Source of the DNA: Candidatus Aenigmatarchaeota archaeon
GTDB lineage: Archaea > Aenigmatarchaeota > Aenigmatarchaeia > Aenigmatarchaeales > JACQIB01
DNA: 64,000 bases
Assembly (NCBI GenBank): GCA_043799675.1
Contig: JAZDNN010000025.1
Location: 1-64,000 of the forward strand
Reading direction: 5' to 3'
The position numbers were made by a program, and so were the translations under genes. This document shows, one piece after another, positions 55,360-64,000 of this stretch (within the stretch, counting starts at the first letter, position 1; the number at the start of each line of letters is the position of its first letter). The notes below the pieces were generated by a model. It ran no database searches. It saw only the letters and a list, made by a program, of their open reading frames with translations, and was not told the DNA's origin.

Positions 55360-56346
55360 ATGATGTTTGAAAGACCTATCGACGGAAACGGGATGTCAAT
55401 GACCCCCGTCGGGTACAAGTACATGGAGCCCGGCTGTTACATGAAGGACTACGGATTCAGCGGCAGGAGCGGCAATGATATTCCCGGACCGGCGATGATA
55501 GTTACCGAACCTCTTTACCACGCGGACTGGTTCCAGATGGCAGCCAAGGATGCACAGGCCGCCATGGACCATTACAATGCCAAGGCCGCGATAGAGGACG
55601 CCTATCACAGGAAAACGGATGCCTGGTGGCAGGCCCAGACCGATCAGGGCGCTCTGGAAGGGATGATGGAAGAGATCGCTCAGATGCACGAACGCGCAAG
55701 GTGGCGCGACATGAACAGGCAGATCGGCCGCCTGCTGGTTGAGAATTCTGACATGAAGATTACCGACGCCTTCAGGGAGGCTCTGCAGGTCAGCAATATA
55801 GAGGACAAATACCCCGAGGACGAGCCCGTGACAATTTATTTCCCGCACGAGAGCCAGCCGGAGGAAGTATCCTATGATACCTTCGTTCAGAGCATTGTGA
55901 TACCGGTTGAACATTCACTCCTTCTTGCCCTGAGGGGCAGGAAGGTCTACGACCGGTCCAGAACCGAATATACAAAAAATCTCGGATGGGGCGAGATATT
56001 CGGCACGGAAGGCGAGCATTTTCACATAACCGTCCCGAACCCGCCTACCATACAGGAACTCATAACCCATAACAGGGAGACCTGGGGCAGGATACACGGC
56101 ACATGGGACGTCGTCAAGGCGCAGCGTGCCTTGGGAATAAATCGTGAGCATTCGTTCGGGCCCGTGTCCGGCACCCTGGAAGCAACGATAGTGGTTGACT
56201 CTCTCAAGAAAATGGGTTCCTTGGAGCGCAGAGTGGAAATCAGTTCCGTAAAACTGGACGATTACAAGACCCCGTGGGGTACGTACGACCTGCAAAAGAT
56301 GGTAAGTGATTGCGGTGTCGACCTGAGAAAACTGAGGAAGAAGTAG
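55360..56346 (+). CDS. hypothetical protein
   Basis: Long ORF with RBS ggtga and TATA tttatata upstream. Confidence 0.65.
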   Translation: MMFERPIDGNGMSMTPVGYKYMEPGCYMKDYGFSGRSGNDIPGPAMIVTEPLYHADWFQMAAKDAQAAMDHYNAKAAIEDAYHRKTDAWWQAQTDQGALEGMMEEIAQMHERARWRDMNRQIGRLLVENSDMKITDAFREALQVSNIEDKYPEDEPVTIYFPHESQPEEVSYDTFVQSIVIPVEHSLLLALRGRKVYDRSRTEYTKNLGWGEIFGTEGEHFHITVPNPPTIQELITHNRETWGRIHGTWDVVKAQRALGINREHSFGPVSGTLEATIVVDSLKKMGSLERRVEISSVKLDDYKTPWGTYDLQKMVSDCGVDLRKLRKK

Positions 56347-56353
56347 TGATGTC

Positions 56354-56764
56354 ATGGCAAGCGAGGAAGAAATAGAAAATGCGTTGGCAAGCATCCCGTA
56401 TATGCGGCTCGCGGAGGCCGCAAAAAGTGAAATGCCCATCAGGACGTTCAAGGAGAACTACGAATGGTCCAATTGGGCATGCCTTTCGCAGACGCGCACA
56501 AGGTATTACGAGATAGAAGGGGTGGCAAAGCAGGCGCTTGCCGCGTTCTACAGGATGAAACTGCGTGCACCTGAGGACATAGTGGACAGGGTGATGGCGA
56601 ACATGGTAGACCTGAATTACTTGCGCGAGCATGCCAAGTCCGGCATATGCTGCGCCCCGGCTTCGCGCAGTTTTCACGAGTATTCCGATTCCGTTGAATT
56701 CACGCCGAGAAGACTGACGGAAGAGGACAGATGGCCGAGCAACGTCATGGAATTTCTGGTGTGA
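56354..56764 (+). CDS. hypothetical protein (tandem paralog 1)
   Basis: MASEEEIENALA...GICCAP...EEDRWPSNVMEFLV. Confidence 0.7.
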   Translation: MASEEEIENALASIPYMRLAEAAKSEMPIRTFKENYEWSNWACLSQTRTRYYEIEGVAKQALAAFYRMKLRAPEDIVDRVMANMVDLNYLREHAKSGICCAPASRSFHEYSDSVEFTPRRLTEEDRWPSNVMEFLV

Positions 56765-56773
56765 AGTGACGTT

Positions 56774-57188
56774 ATGGCAAGCGAGGAAGAAATAGAAAAT
56801 GCATTGGCAAACGTCCCGTATCTGCAGCTCGTGAAGGCCGCAAGGAATGAATTGCCCACTTAGAAGATTCCAGGAAAATTACAGCTGGCATTCTTGCCTT
56901 ACAGGGGATACCCCGTTAAGGTTTTATGAAATAACAGGCGTAGCAAAGAAGGCACTGGCCGCATACTATAGAATAAAGGTGCGAGGGCCTGAAGATGTTG
57001 TGGAAACAATAATAGAAAATATGAAGGATTTGGGTTTCATACGAGAACATAAACGGGAAGGAATCTGTTGCGCCCCGCCTTACCGCAGCGACTTTCGTGG
57101 TTGGGATGGGGGTTATCCTACCTTCCATCCATGGAGACGCGTCGATGAAGATAATTGGCCAAGCGACGTTATACAATTCTTAGTATGA
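56774..57188 (+). pseudogene. tandem paralog 2 with a +1 frameshift near 56855
   Basis: MASEEEIENALANVPYLQLVKAARNELP then stop; removing one C restores LRRFQENY...WPSDVIQFLV. Confidence 0.75.
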
Positions 57189-57225
57189 AGCTCTTCGTCA
57201 AGAAATCCTTATATCCCGCCCTCGT

Positions 57226-57423
57226 TCATTCCCGCTGCTCTTCCTCTTCCTCTTCAATCAGTTCCACCGGTTTGCCCCTCTTGCCCCAGCTCACCGCGCT
57301 CTTCAGCTCAAGGCGCCATATCCCGCCGTCCTTCCATATCACGTTCAGCTCGCCGGTGAACCCGTCCCTCTTCATGCCTTCCAGGACCTGTGAATTGAAC
57401 AGCCCTATCTGTCTGGCCGCCAT
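57226..57423 (-). CDS. small hypothetical protein
   Basis: GFTGELNVIWKDGGI; start uncertain. Confidence 0.45.
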   Translation of the reverse strand: MAARQIGLFNSQVLEGMKRDGFTGELNVIWKDGGIWRLELKSAVSWGKRGKPVELIEEEEEEQRE

Positions 57424-57661
57424 TTCCGCATCGTGATTCCTGCCTCCCCTCATAACAAGCACCGGAAGATAGCTGAAGGATAGCTTGTACCGGTGGATTA
57501 TGGCGTTTTGGGTGAGGCAAACTCAAGGTTGGGACAAGGAGGTTGGAAAAGGCATTGACGAGGTCAAGGAAAAGGAAAAAATAAAATTTCCAGAAAAACG
57601 GCAGTTGACGCTGGATGATTCGTTCACAACAACTTTTCTTTTTCGGCGCGAGCATACTAGC

Positions 57662-57934
57662 ATGAGTATCGACCGCGAGATTGCAAAAGCCATTGGGGTC
57701 ATTGGTTTTATTGGCGTAATGATTTGGGTAATATCCAGTCTACCATGTCTGTTGAAACCTAACGATACATGCATCGGCTCCGTGATAACCGGAGCCGTCG
57801 AAAACAGCGTCCCAGCGATAGTATCAGTGGCCGAACCTGCATCCTTGAGCTCAACAGCAGCAATTATCATCGCTTTAGTGATTGCTGCCATTGTCATCTT
57901 TCTTCCAAAAACATGGAAGGCGCTTATAGACTGA
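57662..57934 (+). CDS. small 2-TM membrane protein
   Basis: Two hydrophobic segments. Confidence 0.55.
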   Translation: MSIDREIAKAIGVIGFIGVMIWVISSLPCLLKPNDTCIGSVITGAVENSVPAIVSVAEPASLSSTAAIIIALVIAAIVIFLPKTWKALID

Positions 57935-57964
57935 ATTTATCAATCAGTTTTGTCATTTGCTATC

Positions 57965-58639
57965 ATGCCCTCATCCCCCTCCGTCAAGCCCCTGAAGCTC
58001 TCCCCCTCCTCCCTGAACGCCTTTAGGGACTGTCCGAAGTGCTTCTGGCTGGACATGAACGGGAAGGGCGCGCCCCCGGGCTTCCCTATGGCCCTTCTGT
58101 GCGTGATGGACGGGATCCAGAAGCGCTATTATGACAGCCACAGGGCGGAAGGCCTGCCGCCCATGCTCAAGGGAAAGGTGCCCTTCAAGCTGGTTGATTT
58201 GGAGACGGCCGAGAAGCTGCGTCACTATATAACATGGAACGATGAACAGACCGGGGCCGTCCTGAGGGGTAAGATGGACGATTGCTTTATCGACAGGGAC
58301 GGCACGCTCGTGGTCATGGACAATAAGACCAGGAGCGGCGAGTTCAAGGAGATCTATGACGGATACATGTTCCAGCTTGACACCTACGCCTTCCTGCTGG
58401 CCAAGAACGGGTTCAAGGTCGGAAAGACGGGCTATATCGTGTATTTCGTGCCCGACAAGGAAAGCGACATGGAAAAGGGCGTGAAGTTTGACGTTGATGT
58501 TAAGTCCGTGGAGCTGCATCCCGGCCGCGTGCTTGGGGTGTTCCGGGATGCCGTAAAGCTTGCCCGCCAGGCAAAGCCGCCTGCCAATCACAAGGAGTGC
58601 GAGATGTGCGCCTGGGTCGCCAAGATGGGGGAGATGTAA
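57965..58639 (+). CDS. Cas4-like / RecB-type PD-(D/E)XK nuclease (solo)
   Basis: LSPSSL...CPKCFW, LRGKMDD, VMDNKT, QLDTY (QxxxY), C-terminal CEMC. Confidence 0.85.
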   Translation: MPSSPSVKPLKLSPSSLNAFRDCPKCFWLDMNGKGAPPGFPMALLCVMDGIQKRYYDSHRAEGLPPMLKGKVPFKLVDLETAEKLRHYITWNDEQTGAVLRGKMDDCFIDRDGTLVVMDNKTRSGEFKEIYDGYMFQLDTYAFLLAKNGFKVGKTGYIVYFVPDKESDMEKGVKFDVDVKSVELHPGRVLGVFRDAVKLARQAKPPANHKECEMCAWVAKMGEM

Positions 58640-58816
58640 ATGTTCAAGCCTGCCCCCTTGCATTCCGCGGCTGCAAGGCTGCCAGCGGGCACTCCTGCTG
58701 AGTGCGAATGTCGGCGGTGGATTCAAGCTGTTGGGGAGATGTAGAGGCGGACGTGGTAAATGTAAGGATTAATAACGGGCGAATGCTACGTAGGAAGTTG
58801 AAAGGAGAGGTAGAGC

Positions 58817-61800
58817 ATGGATTTAAATATTCAAGCACTTTTAGAAAAATTCAAAGAAGGGTTAACATTAGACGGTAGAAAGAAGGTTTTTGAAGATGGG
58901 TATAAACTATCTTCAGATTCTTTATTACAAAAATCTGATCCAGAAGCTTTTACCAAAGATTTCCTAGTAGGACCTGTACTCAATATGTTTGAGTTGTCAA
59001 AACTAACAGAGAGACATTTCAGAGGTATTACAGGAGAGTTAAGAAAAGTTGATTATTTATTAAAAAACCAAAAGAACATATCGTTTTTAGTCGAAGCAAA
59101 ATCTTTAAATTCAGATCTTTTTGAAAAAGGACCGGATGGAGCAGTAAATCAGATTCAAGGATTATTCAGGCTCGCAGAAGTAAAGGAAAATTATAAGTTT
59201 GGTATAGCGACAGATGGATTGAAATGGGTTTTCATTGACAGAAATTCTAAAGTCGTTTTTCGGTTGGAATTGATCAAGGAATTGAAAAAGATTAAAGAAA
59301 TATTGATAGGGAAAGAAGAAGTTTCATCTGAAAGGATAGAAGAAGAAATTAGCAAGAAATTTTATGAGTGGTATAACGCCCTACTACATGGCGGAAAATA
59401 CAAAGACCATGAAAACAAAGTAAGAAAAATTTCCATTAAAGATTGCTTCGTCGAAAACATTCTGTTTGCATCAATTCTAGAAGAAAGAGAACAGATAGCC
59501 CAAACAATAATGGATAGACTGATTTTCATAAAATTCTTGCAGTCGAAAAATATCGTTGGTTATGACATTCTTGATTATCTAATAAATCTCGATGAAAACA
59601 TCCTTAATGAAAAAATAAAACAATTATTTTTTTCTGTTCTAAATACAAAGAAGGATGAAAGATCAGATATTGATACAAAATTCAAAAATGCACCATACCT
59701 TAATGGTAGTTTATTTGTAAGAACAGAAGTAGAACTCAAAAACCCTGACTATAAGATTAAAGCCTTCATATTGAAAGAAGTTATAAGATTCTTGAATTCT
59801 TTCAAATTTGTTCATACCGAAGATGTTTCAAATCACCAAATTTTAGACCCGGAGATTCTTGGATATATTTTTGAGAAAGCAATGACAGCAAAAGATAGAA
59901 AAGGAACTGGTGCTTACTATACCCGTAAATCAATAACAAATTACATTTCTGAAAATACGATACATCCAGTTATTGTAAAAAATGTAAATAAACTATTGAA
60001 AGAGAAGGGCTACAAAGATTCTGAATTTTTAAAAGATGTTGAACAGGTTTACAGTTTGAGGGAATCTACACTTGGAGAAGTTTTTAGTCAAGTAATCCTT
60101 AACTTGAAAATATGCGACAATGCCTGCGGTTCTGGTGCTTTCTTATTGGCAGCCGCAGACGTTCTTTTGGAAGTTTATAGTAGAATAAATGGGGAATTGA
60201 GGTTAAAGAATTCAGAAATAGCAATGAGAAAGCTGATTTTGAAGAATAATCTTTACGGTGTTGATATAAACCCAAATGCCATCGAAATAGCAAAATTAAG
60301 ATTATGGTTGTGGCTTGTTACAGCTTACGAACCAGAAAAAGTTGAACCATTACCTAATATTGATTATAATATAAGAGTTGGAAACAGCTTGATAGGTTAT
60401 ATCAATATAAGCAGATTCAAAGAACATAAACTAACACTTCTTGACTGGTATAGTGCTGAAAAATCATTAAACCTGATGCTGAAAAAGAGAGAAGAAATAA
60501 TACAGAAATATAAAGATGCTGTCGGGGATAAAGCAAGAGAATTAAAAAATGAAATAGACGAGCTTGACAGAAAAATAAAGAAGCTTCTTGATATCAATTT
60601 ATTCCAGGAAATAAGTAAAAAAGCCGATATAGGAGAAGAAGAATTTAAAAAACTAATTCCATTCCATTGGGGATTTGAATTTTACGATGTTTTCGATGGT
60701 AATGGCGACAAAGGTTTTGATGCTGTTATAGGAAATCCGCCATATTTCAAAATCTTCGAGAAAAACATAATCAATAAAACAAACGAATATGAAGAAATTA
60801 AAAGTGGCATGATGAATGCAGCTGCTATTTTTGTTAATCGAACACTTAATTTAACTGACCGTTCTGGTCACGTAGGTATGATAGTTCCAAAAATGTTGGC
60901 TTTCACAGATTCGTGGGACAAAATTAGACAGAAGTTATTAAGAAATTTTACCATGGAAAGAGTAATCGATTGTGGCAAGGCCTTTAAGGGTGTACTTCTA
61001 GAACAAGTAATTTTCATTTTGGATAAATCACCGTTTTCTGAGAAGCATAAAATAGTTATAGGGTACATAGAAGATGGTAGAATCACAGAAACTGCAAAAG
61101 TGATGCAAAGTTTATGTCAAGAAGAAGATGGAATTTATCTCGAACCGAATCAGAAGGCATATTACATAAAAGAAATACTCGAGAAGTCAAAAATCAGATT
61201 AGTAGATGTTTCAGATATTACACTTGGCTTAGGAATACAGGGTAAAAAAGATGTTTTTGTTGAAAGATATCAAAAATGTTATAATAAGGTGCTTCGTGGT
61301 AATGATATTCAAAGGTACTATATCAGAGGATGTAAATTCTATGATCCTAATGACAAAAAAATAGGTGAATATAAAAAAACAATTGAGAAATTTAAAACTC
61401 CTCATATAGTAGTGCAAAGAATTGTGGCCCATATAAGAAACCATATAAAAATTACCGCGGCATTGGATATGGAAGGTATTTTTTCATTCAATACGGTTAC
61501 AAACATCTTTATGAAAGATAAACAATATGACTTAAAATATATTTTGGCTATTCTAAATTCAGATGTAATTCAATATTATACTTATAAATTTATATATAAA
61601 AACGCTATCAGATCGATGGATTTTTATAAAGCATATGCTGGAAAAATACCATTACCAAAAGTAACAGATTCTCAGCAAAAAGAAATAATTAGCTTAGTAG
61701 ATAAAATGTTAGAATTATCAAAGACGTCAACTGAAAAGAACCATAAAACAAATAATGAAATCGAAAAAATAGAAGAATATATTAATGAAATTATTTACTC

Positions 61801-61855
61801 ACATTATGGTATCGGTAAGGAAGAGCAAGAAACCATAAAAGAGAGTTTGAAATAA
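58817..61855 (+). CDS. Type IIG fused restriction endonuclease-methyltransferase (Eco57I/TaqI-like)
   Basis: VDY...VEAK nuclease, GAYYT, DNACGSGAFL, GNPPY, C-terminal TRD; strongly AT-rich. Confidence 0.92.
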   Translation: MDLNIQALLEKFKEGLTLDGRKKVFEDGYKLSSDSLLQKSDPEAFTKDFLVGPVLNMFELSKLTERHFRGITGELRKVDYLLKNQKNISFLVEAKSLNSDLFEKGPDGAVNQIQGLFRLAEVKENYKFGIATDGLKWVFIDRNSKVVFRLELIKELKKIKEILIGKEEVSSERIEEEISKKFYEWYNALLHGGKYKDHENKVRKISIKDCFVENILFASILEEREQIAQTIMDRLIFIKFLQSKNIVGYDILDYLINLDENILNEKIKQLFFSVLNTKKDERSDIDTKFKNAPYLNGSLFVRTEVELKNPDYKIKAFILKEVIRFLNSFKFVHTEDVSNHQILDPEILGYIFEKAMTAKDRKGTGAYYTRKSITNYISENTIHPVIVKNVNKLLKEKGYKDSEFLKDVEQVYSLRESTLGEVFSQVILNLKICDNACGSGAFLLAAADVLLEVYSRINGELRLKNSEIAMRKLILKNNLYGVDINPNAIEIAKLRLWLWLVTAYEPEKVEPLPNIDYNIRVGNSLIGYINISRFKEHKLTLLDWYSAEKSLNLMLKKREEIIQKYKDAVGDKARELKNEIDELDRKIKKLLDINLFQEISKKADIGEEEFKKLIPFHWGFEFYDVFDGNGDKGFDAVIGNPPYFKIFEKNIINKTNEYEEIKSGMMNAAAIFVNRTLNLTDRSGHVGMIVPKMLAFTDSWDKIRQKLLRNFTMERVIDCGKAFKGVLLEQVIFILDKSPFSEKHKIVIGYIEDGRITETAKVMQSLCQEEDGIYLEPNQKAYYIKEILEKSKIRLVDVSDITLGLGIQGKKDVFVERYQKCYNKVLRGNDIQRYYIRGCKFYDPNDKKIGEYKKTIEKFKTPHIVVQRIVAHIRNHIKITAALDMEGIFSFNTVTNIFMKDKQYDLKYILAILNSDVIQYYTYKFIYKNAIRSMDFYKAYAGKIPLPKVTDSQQKEIISLVDKMLELSKTSTEKNHKTNNEIEKIEEYINEIIYSHYGIGKEEQETIKESLK

Positions 61856-62140
61856 ATGCCCTCATCTGTACCCCAAACCGTCAAATGCCCCTTCTGCCAA
61901 GTCGGCGACATAACGGTCTTCATCAAGGAAAAGTCATTCTCGACCAAAAAGACCCGCTGCCGGGCAGGTCGCAGCTCAACGACTACCGTTCATCATGCAC
62001 GGATGGAGGCCCTAAATGACTGCCCCTCCTGTCATGCTTCCAAAAAGGATATCGAATCCAAGCTCAAGGGCAGCAAATCAATGTCCGCCTCCGATGCAGC
62101 CAAAAGGGCCCAGGCGGCCGGCTTGCCGACGCGCATATAG
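61856..62140 (+). CDS. small zinc-finger protein (anchor of the 3' repeat array)
   Basis: CPFC...CPSC, ends KRAQAAGLPTRI. Confidence 0.8.
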   Translation: MPSSVPQTVKCPFCQVGDITVFIKEKSFSTKKTRCRAGRSSTTTVHHARMEALNDCPSCHASKKDIESKLKGSKSMSASDAAKRAQAAGLPTRI

Positions 62141-62340
62141 CAGGATTACGCAGAGCGGTCATGGTCCGCTTTCTTTGCGCCTTTTCTTACTTCGCTTTTA
62201 TCTTCCGCATATGCCTTGCCGTAGAAGCAGAAAGCCATCGATGCCAGCCAAAAGAGAATCACGACGGCGGTAGAGGGGCATAATGTCATAATTACGCTAT
62301 ATCATAACCTGTATATAAACCTTATGTCACAACAGCAAGC

Positions 62341-62478
62341 ATGGCGAAGAAGCGGACCACGCTCTACCTGCGCGAGGACCTGTGGAAGAAGCTCAGGCAC
62401 CTTTCCATAGACCAGGAAAAGAGCACCTCTCAGTTGCTTGAGGAGATAGTGGAAAGTCACCTGAAGAAGATGAAGTGA
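62341..62478 (+). CDS. ribbon-helix-helix protein
   Basis: Manual translation MAKKRTTLYLREDLWKKLRHLSIDQEKSTSQLLEEIVESHLKKMK; TATA tatataaa upstream. Confidence 0.8.
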   Translation: MAKKRTTLYLREDLWKKLRHLSIDQEKSTSQLLEEIVESHLKKMK

Positions 62479-62485
62479 TTCCTAT

Positions 62486-62680
62486 ATGGAACGAAAAGTA
62501 AAGAATGAAATAAAAGATTATACGCAATTGTTTTGGTTAGGTATAGTAGGCGCTTTTTGTGCTTTAATTTTTCAGAATGCTGATTTTTCATCAGGTTCTG
62601 ATATGGCATGGCGGTTGGCGTCTACTATGATTATATATTTCACAGGATTTGTATTTTATCATTGGTACAATAATATTTGA
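62486..62680 (+). CDS. small 2-TM membrane protein
   Basis: AT-rich, two hydrophobic segments. Confidence 0.6.
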   Translation: MERKVKNEIKDYTQLFWLGIVGAFCALIFQNADFSSGSDMAWRLASTMIIYFTGFVFYHWYNNI

Positions 62681-62739
62681 TTTCGTTATCCTCATACGGA
62701 GGGCTCAGGCGGCCGGGCTGCCGACGAGGATATGACTTT

Positions 62740-63147
62740 CTATTCCTCTTCAACTATCTCCGCAGATTCAATCCAGTACAGTTTGATGTCAGATTTCTTG
62801 ACTTCTGGAATGACGTGCTTGAGGCACTCGCGGATGTGATTATCGTTGGGTTGGGCTATGGCGATGATTGCGTTTTGATCCTTGTTCCGCTCTTCCAGGA
62901 TCTTAACCAGTGCTTTGCCGAAATGGTCCTTTATCTGGCCCGAATCGAATTTCGGGCGTTTTGTAACATGAGATCTCGGATTGCCTTTGCGGCCTTTGGC
63001 CTCCACTATTAGACGCTTTCCATCTTTTCGTGCAACGATATCACATCCATGCTTGTGACCTATGGAAGTTTCCTCAATTTTCCATCCTCTTGTTTCTAAC
63101 CATTTACACAAGCATCTTATGACGTCATCTTCGAACTCAATTTTCAT
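62740..63147 (-). CDS. small PD-(D/E)XK endonuclease-fold protein
   Basis: EDDV, GCDIVARK...LIVEAKG, GQI. Confidence 0.75.
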   Translation of the reverse strand: MKIEFEDDVIRCLCKWLETRGWKIEETSIGHKHGCDIVARKDGKRLIVEAKGRKGNPRSHVTKRPKFDSGQIKDHFGKALVKILEERNKDQNAIIAIAQPNDNHIRECLKHVIPEVKKSDIKLYWIESAEIVEEE

Positions 63148-63207
63148 GCACTAGATTGGGGAAGAGGGATATTAAGTTGCGAAGGCGGCCGGCCTACCAA
63201 CGCGCAT

Positions 63208-63771
63208 TTAGCGACGGTAAGACCAGAGTATGAAATCCAGCAATTTCACGTCGTTTATGTCGTTTTTATCGATTATCAGAGACGCTCTTGTCCTGTCTAA
63301 CATGCCTTTTATTCTATCGTCGTTAAGCAGCTCCTGGAATTTTCTTTCAAGCTCATTGTATTTTTCGCAGGCATCATTAATTCCATTAGGTGTCTTAAGA
63401 CCGAACGCGCGTCTGATTTGGCTGTCCCAAATCGGTTTGTCGGGCTCAACAGTATGTTTGATTTTAGTCGCAAAGCTGAATTGAACGTTCTTATCGATAC
63501 GATACAACCCCTCTAAAATTGTTCTCAAGTCAGACTCCTTGTTATAGAGAAATTCAAACAATTCACGAACAACGGCCTTGGACGGAAACCTGATTACGTA
63601 GAATCGCTTAAACCTTTTTTCAAAGAATTCCTTATCTGGAACGTCGGCACCAAACTGTTTCATGATCCATACATAGTCTTTCAATTCATCCCTTCGTCTA
63701 AGGTAATCTATTATTTTCTTTTCATTTTCGAGCAAATCGTCTATGTCCATACCAAGAATAGCCGGCATCAC
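63208..63771 (-). CDS. hypothetical protein (possible HhH/glycosylase-like fold)
   Basis: FKRFY, QFSFATKIKH...PIWDS, KLLDFILW. Confidence 0.6.
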   Translation of the reverse strand: MMPAILGMDIDDLLENEKKIIDYLRRRDELKDYVWIMKQFGADVPDKEFFEKRFKRFYVIRFPSKAVVRELFEFLYNKESDLRTILEGLYRIDKNVQFSFATKIKHTVEPDKPIWDSQIRRAFGLKTPNGINDACEKYNELERKFQELLNDDRIKGMLDRTRASLIIDKNDINDVKLLDFILWSYRR

Positions 63772-64000
63772 ATCTAATAAGCGTTAGATGCTTCGTGCCC
63801 AAGCGGCCGGGTTGCCGACCAGAATCTGACCTGAAAGGCTGTCGCGGCTGCCAAAAGGCCCTTCGCCGGGGGATACGAAAATAGCTATGTTAGAATACTT
63901 TTATGAAAACTGTTGATTAAGAATTTTATTTAATTTCAAGCGACTCTCTTATTGCATCTAGTACAGGTTCGGCTTTTGCATACGATTCTACTACTTCATC

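Larger units (their letters stand above)
62105..63829 (+). repeat. four synonymously diverged copies of the (RAQ)AAGLPTRI-stop coding segment, separated by cargo genes
   Basis: Copies at 62105-62140, 62700-62735, 63179-63211 and 63794-63829; invariant core GCGGCCGG. Confidence 0.9.

Noticed and set aside
47322..57215. Recurring aaacccttat / aaatccttat motif as a mobile-element end
   Set aside because: It sits about 25-40 nt upstream of many starts and fits an archaeal BRE-TATA promoter.
57965..58639. Cas4 as part of a CRISPR-Cas locus or casposon
   Set aside because: There is no cas1, cas2, array or polB in the window, so it is treated as a solo PD-(D/E)XK nuclease.
62146..62289. 47-aa minus-strand ORF with one hydrophobic stretch
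   Set aside because: It is plausible but has no recognisable motif or other support.
62105..63829. Classical integron attC sites or CRISPR repeats
   Set aside because: There are no RYYYAAC/GTTRRRY ends or long hairpins, the variation follows codon degeneracy, and the spacing is gene-sized.

Overview
Archaeal chromosome segment, most likely from a DPANN lineage. This rests on pelota, FEN1, aEF-1beta, Pth2, TruD, CarS, a Methanococcales-type S-layer protein and BHB-intron tRNAs; the finer lineage cannot be fixed from this window. Positions 1-43 kb are mostly housekeeping. They hold seven tRNAs that all carry introns (9 in total, 6 at non-canonical positions, including a tRNA-Ile(UAU)), a paralogous lipoprotein/membrane cluster, S-layer and glycosylation genes, lipid genes including a tetraether-synthase (Tes)-like radical SAM enzyme, a clustered AMP phosphorylase / R15P isomerase / form III RuBisCO pathway, and two free-standing LAGLIDADG genes. 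Positions 43-64 kb are accessory: toxin-antitoxin, PIN, Type IIG R-M and nuclease genes. The most unusual signal is two cassette-like arrays whose boundary repeats are synonymously recoded fragments of protein-coding genes. Two displaced 5' ends of a Cas4-like nuclease gene lie upstream of it, and three displaced 3' ends (AAGLPTRI-stop) of a zinc-finger gene lie downstream of it, each separated by cargo genes. No integrase is visible in the window. All calls come from reading the sequence and motifs by eye; no database search was run.
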